A DNA stretch of 64,000 nucleotides from Podarcis tiliguerta (lineage: Eukaryota): assembly GCA_965153285.1 (NCBI GenBank), contig OZ229119.1. One strand, given 5' to 3'. The translations under genes and the position numbers were made by a program. The notes beneath the pieces were generated by a model. The model did no database searches, had not been told where the DNA came from, and saw only the letters and a program-made list of their open reading frames with translations. Position 1 is the first letter of the stretch. Each line of letters starts with the position of its first letter. Positions 59,110 through 64,000 of the stretch are shown one piece after another.

Positions 59110-59600
59110 TTGGAACTCCCTGCCTATTGATATTCAGCAGTCTCCTTCGCTGTATTATTTTCGGCGCCTGCTAAATATACAGTGGTACCTCGGGTTACAG
59201 ACCTGGTTACCTTAGGTTGCAGACTCTGCTAACCTAATAGTACCTTGGGTTAAGAACTTTGCTTCAGGATGAGAACAGAAATAGCGTGGTGGCAGCACGG
59301 CGGCAGCAGGAGGCCCCATTAGCTAAAGTGGTACCTCAGGTTAGAACAGTTTCAGGTTAAGAACGGACCTCCAGAATGAATTAAGTTCTTAACCTGAGGT
59401 ACCACTGTATTCTTGTTTAGGCCAGATGCTTAGGAGCGCTGGTATGAATTTTAATCTCTTTTAATAGTTTAACTTTTTGTATGTTTTAAAGTAATGTAAT
59501 TTTTCTTAATTTTCTTGTTTTATCTTTTTGTAAACCACTTTGAGGTTTGAGAGGTTTTTCAAACAATTAAGCGGTGTATAATTTTTATGAAATAAATAAA
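59110..59600 (+). mobile_element. L2 LINE 3' end interrupted by the Tigger-like MITE
   Basis: Reads WNSLPIDIQQSPSLYYFRRLLN before the MITE and continues ttcttgtttaggc after it; AT-rich 3' UTR ending aaataaataaa. Confidence 0.65.
59180..59407. mobile_element. Tc1/mariner (Tigger/pogo-like) MITE
   Basis: TIRs CAGTGGTACCTCGGGTTA / TAACCTGAGGTACCACTG; TA TSD on both sides; internal TIR-like repeats. Confidence 0.92.
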
Positions 59601-61859
59601 TTTAAGCGCAAGGCCATTCACATAGCAGTGCTCCATTCAGAGTTACATGCCCAGAGACATCTAGCCATTCTGAACTTACTATATCATACTAGCACTAAAC
59701 CTGTCATCCTCATCCACGTGATCCTCTTTTTTAGGGGCTTGTTCACACTGCCCTTATGCTATGCAACTTTTACAGCTCCTTGGATCTGCATCCCCGTCAG
59801 CTGGTGAACTGGGCATGCACTGGCTGGCTTGTGCTCCAGAATTCTTCAGACCTACTCAAGCTGCATCCAAGCAAGATCCTGTTATGCACTGACCATGTGC
59901 TGGGGGCAAGGGATTGACACTCCTAACTCACCAGGAACTGCTCATACAGTAGCAAAACAGGGTGCCACATGGCCTCTGCAGGTTAGCCCATAAAAACCTA
60001 TCCTTGCTCCTGGACGTTTAATACCTTACAAACTCTCTTCCTACATCTCACAACCTTAGATTGGTAAGAAACGCATATACAGACTGTGTCCACTGCCCCT
60101 GACTGGCTAGGGAGCACTGTGCAAATTATGCTTTCACACCTCTCCCTTCCAGCATGCGATACTGCTCCTTTCCCCTCCTTTTTTTTTTTTTTTTTTTTTG
60201 GTCTCTTTCATCATCATAATCTCTCTCTCTCTTGCCTCTCCATGAGCAGCTGCTCTTCAGATATTCCTTTCTCTGATCTTCTCAACTGTCACTTCTCAAC
60301 TGTCATAGACGATCCCAAGCCCCCACATTCCATCTGCCTTCTAAAAAGGTAGCTCTCCTCCACAAGCAGGGGCTTTTCTCTGGCCATTCTTTCTCTTGAC
60401 ACAAATCCAGGTCATCTGAGACGGAGAGGCACAGCGGAGCCTTTGCGCCAGGTCCAAATTTAGATGCCGGTTTGGATCTAAATGACTTTGCCTTTAAGGG
60501 TACTGTAAGCCAAGGGTGTGATGTAAATGAAGAAAACTACGTGTATTTGATGAGGAATTGAAAATATGTTCCTTCAGACACACGCTCCCTAATGTGAAGA
60601 ACTTGAATCGTTTCCAGAACTTTGTGGAAGTAGTACAGAAACCCCACCAGGAGGGCGCTTGGCACAGGACAGCTCTGCTTTGCTCTCCATTTCATTGCAT
60701 GACAGACTGTACAGACTGCTGAAGCCTTTGCCAGCAGGAATGAAGACATATAGAAGCCAGAAAGAGAAATTCAGCTGAATTTCCAAAAGGAGAAAAGTAA
60801 GGGCTGTACACTCTCTTTCCACTTGCTGCTGCTGTCATTTCCCTATCTTCTGACCTCTCTGTGGGGAGGGGCTATGTCCCATGTTCAGTCATTGGCATTT
60901 CTAGTTAAAAGGCTCTTGGGTAACTGGTGATGGAAATTCATATTGTGAGGATTACACTTCCCAGCTCCCACTGCCACTGAAGTCAGCAGTTTTTACATTA
61001 TGCAATGGTATCGTAAGATAGCATGGGTTGGGTTTTTGAGCGGAAATGAGGAGAGGGTGTCAAAGAGGGAACAGAACTAATAACTATGCCCAGGGCTCAC
61101 TTGCACAACCATGATTCACATTTCAATACAAAGCACTACAAAATTATTCCGCTATTGTAGTAGTTTGTGCAGTTATTAGAATCCAGAAAGCCAGATATGC
61201 CCATCACAAAAGCGCAAAGGGAAAAGCTATAAACTGACTGCAAATTAGATCCACAGATCATGTAATTTCCAAGGCAATGCACAAACCCCTAGTATCCAGG
61301 TGCTTATGTAAGAACTCTACATCCATGACTTTTTGAAAATGTTAGGCGTGAATGTGACCAACAGCTGTATCATGCAGATACATTAATCAGAGAGAATACA
61401 TGAATTTTTACTTTGAACCTGTTTCAGAGACAAAATACAAATCTGAATACACCTAATCTCTGGATATGGGCTTCCAAGTCCTTGACAACCCTCCTGTTTT
61501 TATACTCCCAGGCAAGCAGCGAAAACAAGTCTTCGCGGTCCCTGGTATGCCATCATACATTGCTCTTGGGCTTTATTCAGTGCAGGGATTTACAAGTTGG
61601 CCCTGGCACAGGGCATACTTTTATCTTTAAGCCAGATTAGGACAGGGCAGTCATTCAAACAGAACTCCTTCAAACAGGACTGTTGTCTGATAGCTCTTCA
61701 AGGAAAAGATTGCCCTCTGTAAAGCAAGACACATGGTCACTCTATTTCTGAATACCAGAAATACCACTAATACTGCTTTTGGGGTAAGAAGCTTGAGAGG
61801 GTGATGGCAGTCCAGTTGCAGACACTCTTGGAAGAAACTGATTATCTTGACCCATTTCA

Positions 61860-62040
61860 TTTTGGGCTCAGGCTCAGTTTTGGACAGAATCTGTCTTGGT
61901 CACCCTGATAGAGGTCCTTATTCAGGAGAGGGACAGAGGGGAAGTGTGACCCTGTTGCTTTTTCTTGATCTCTCAGATGCTTTTGATACTATTGGGCACA
62001 ATATTCTCCTGGATAGCTGCACTGGGTTCTGCCTAACATG
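61860..62040 (+). mobile_element. Decayed L2/CR1-clade reverse transcriptase fragment
   Basis: ORF 61847..62155 contains LLFLDLSDAFDTIGHNILLD, the LINE RT motif DLSxAFDTIxH. Confidence 0.8.
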
Positions 62041-64000
62041 GGGGGGGGGGGGGGTATTTGTGGTGGTTACCCAGATCTATGCCCAAACACACCAGGAGCC
62101 CAATATGTTCACAATTCCAACAATAATTCATAGTTGTGTCAACTTATGCTACTGAAGTGGGCTCCCTTCACAGAGGAACCATGCACACACATGTACACAC
62201 ATTTCAATAGGGTTGGAGCCATGCATGAGTTAATACCAGTGAAAAGAAGGAGAGGAAATTAAAAGTGAAAAGTTTAAAGCCTAGCACATGACTCTTCCTC
62301 TATCACATCTGTGAATCCTGGAGCGTGAGAGTAATTGTCTGAAATGAGTCAGACCAAAGGCACAAGGAAACAGTTGCTATAGCAACCCCCCTCGCTGCTC
62401 TAATTCTGCGTAGAATTAAAACGTTATCAAATGATTTAGGAGAAAAGGGGGGCAGCTCAAAATCTATGGGCACCCCTCTCAAAATGTCCTGCGGTGTTGT
62501 GAGCCTCCTCTAGGACAAAGCCACGGGCTCTTTTCCCTTCAAGCAAAACAGCAGAAGTAATGCAGAGACAAACCAGCAAGGAGAGCATTGGATAGATAAC
62601 TCTGAGCTCGACAGCGTCAGCTGTATGAGAGATTAAACTAACTCCTCGGCTGCAATTTCAAATCTGGAATGGGATTCAAGCCAGCAGATCGGAGATGTGG
62701 AATATTTCCTTGGGAAATCCACAAGGCATTTCCAGTAAAACTCTCACACTGGCACAACCCCATCCCAGGTGAGCTCAAAGCACAGGAATGAGGCACAGCA
62801 TAGAAACTCTAAAACAGCATATTCCTCCTTTAAAATCAAAATGAACTCCTACTTAGGCTTTTCCCTATATGGTGGGATAAACAAACCAACATAATGAATA
62901 ATTAACTTTGTGTTTAAAAGGAAATTATTGTGAAACTTCTAATACAGTTTTCTGTATAAATATCTGTGCATAAGCTTGAACTACCACAGCTACCTATAAT
63001 GCCTCCACCTCTGCTTTCCCAACAGTTAACTTAAATGGAGAGAACAGAAACGGTAAAGCCAAAAGGCTGCTCAGCACCTGGTCTTTGCTTGAATTCAGCC
63101 CTGTTATGTATTTGCAGTTAGTTAACCTAACTATCCCACAAGGCTATGTCTGCACGAATGGCTCCCAATGGAGAATGTAGTGAGAAGAAGGGTTGCAACA
63201 AGCCCTTTAAATTGGGACCAGTGGATTTTCTGCACTTGTGCCAAATGCACAGAACCTGCACAATGGCTTGTGAATATGAAGCAGGCCTTCTGACTTTTCT
63301 TCTCTTCTGTACCTCTTTGTGCTGTGTCACAAGCTACTTTGAAACTTTGTCAGGTACTGTGCAGGGGGAAATAAGTCAGAAACTCCTCTGTGTGCATGTA
63401 GCTCAAAAGATTGATGGTTGTCTTCAACTTATTGAGTGATTTAAAAAGACCCTTTGATGCAACCAGAGAGGTGGTTTGGGGAACAGCAAAATACAGTGCC
63501 TCAGAACTCCTTTGTATTGGGAAGGGCGGATCTATCTATGAAGTACTTTGGAGTTTTAAGCCATGGCATGCAGATCATGGTCCTATACGAAGCAGCAACC
63601 AAAATCAACTCTTTAAAGCACACGGACACATACACAAACTGCAGTTTGTTCATGTTTGGAATTATGATTAGATTCCAAGCAAATAACTCACTTGAGGAGA
63701 AGGTCACACAATAAGAGAGACATCATATATACACAGACCAGGGAGACAGCAGAACTCCCGCACAGATTCCAGCAGTTTCACTGGGACTTTAAATCTGTCA
63801 ACAGCTGCGATGTAACTACAGCAGTTTCTCCCTAGTGAAGCATAACGCCTCAGGTTATTGACTCACATGAGAGAACAGTCAGTAACGTTATCTAGAGTGG
63901 GGTTAGGAATTCCTCATATTATACAGATTTATGTTTGTCATATGTAGAGAGCTGATTTAGCCAGCGAGAGACTCTAGGCTTATACCTCTGGAGACAAAAT

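Noticed and set aside
63069-63090. REST/RE1 site (TCAGCACC...), also half-sites near 18483 and 45160
   Set aside because: Only the left half matches; the GGACAG half is missing or mis-spaced.

Overview
Vertebrate genomic DNA, almost certainly a squamate and probably a lacertid lizard (Sauria SINEs, a tRNA-Lys/CR1-tail SINE, lizard-type hAT and Tigger MITEs). The minus strand carries eight short coding exons from the 3' part of CACNA2D4 (calcium channel alpha2-delta-4), between 19985 and 801. I reconstructed them with canonical GT-AG sites and consistent phases; the gene continues off both ends of the window. The plus strand carries the complete coding region of LRTM2 (three coding exons, 47110-53853, 371 aa), nested antisense in a CACNA2D4 intron of more than 44 kb, with candidate 5' non-coding exons near 26.5 kb and 43.9 kb. 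The rest is intron containing SINEs, LINE fragments, DNA-transposon MITEs (several nested, with intact TSDs) and microsatellites. The strongest unexplained signal is a 21-nt frame-preserving CACNA2D4 microexon near the alpha2/delta junction. It is preceded by a 185-nt AG-free zone holding 20 YCAY (Nova-type) motifs plus UGC motifs. The acceptor of the LRTM2-hosting intron also has a distant-branch-point layout. I found no prokaryote-style system (CRISPR or similar). Gene and repeat-family names come from recalled sequences, not database searches; exon numbers are inferred from the human orthologue; repeat boundaries are approximate unless TSDs are given.
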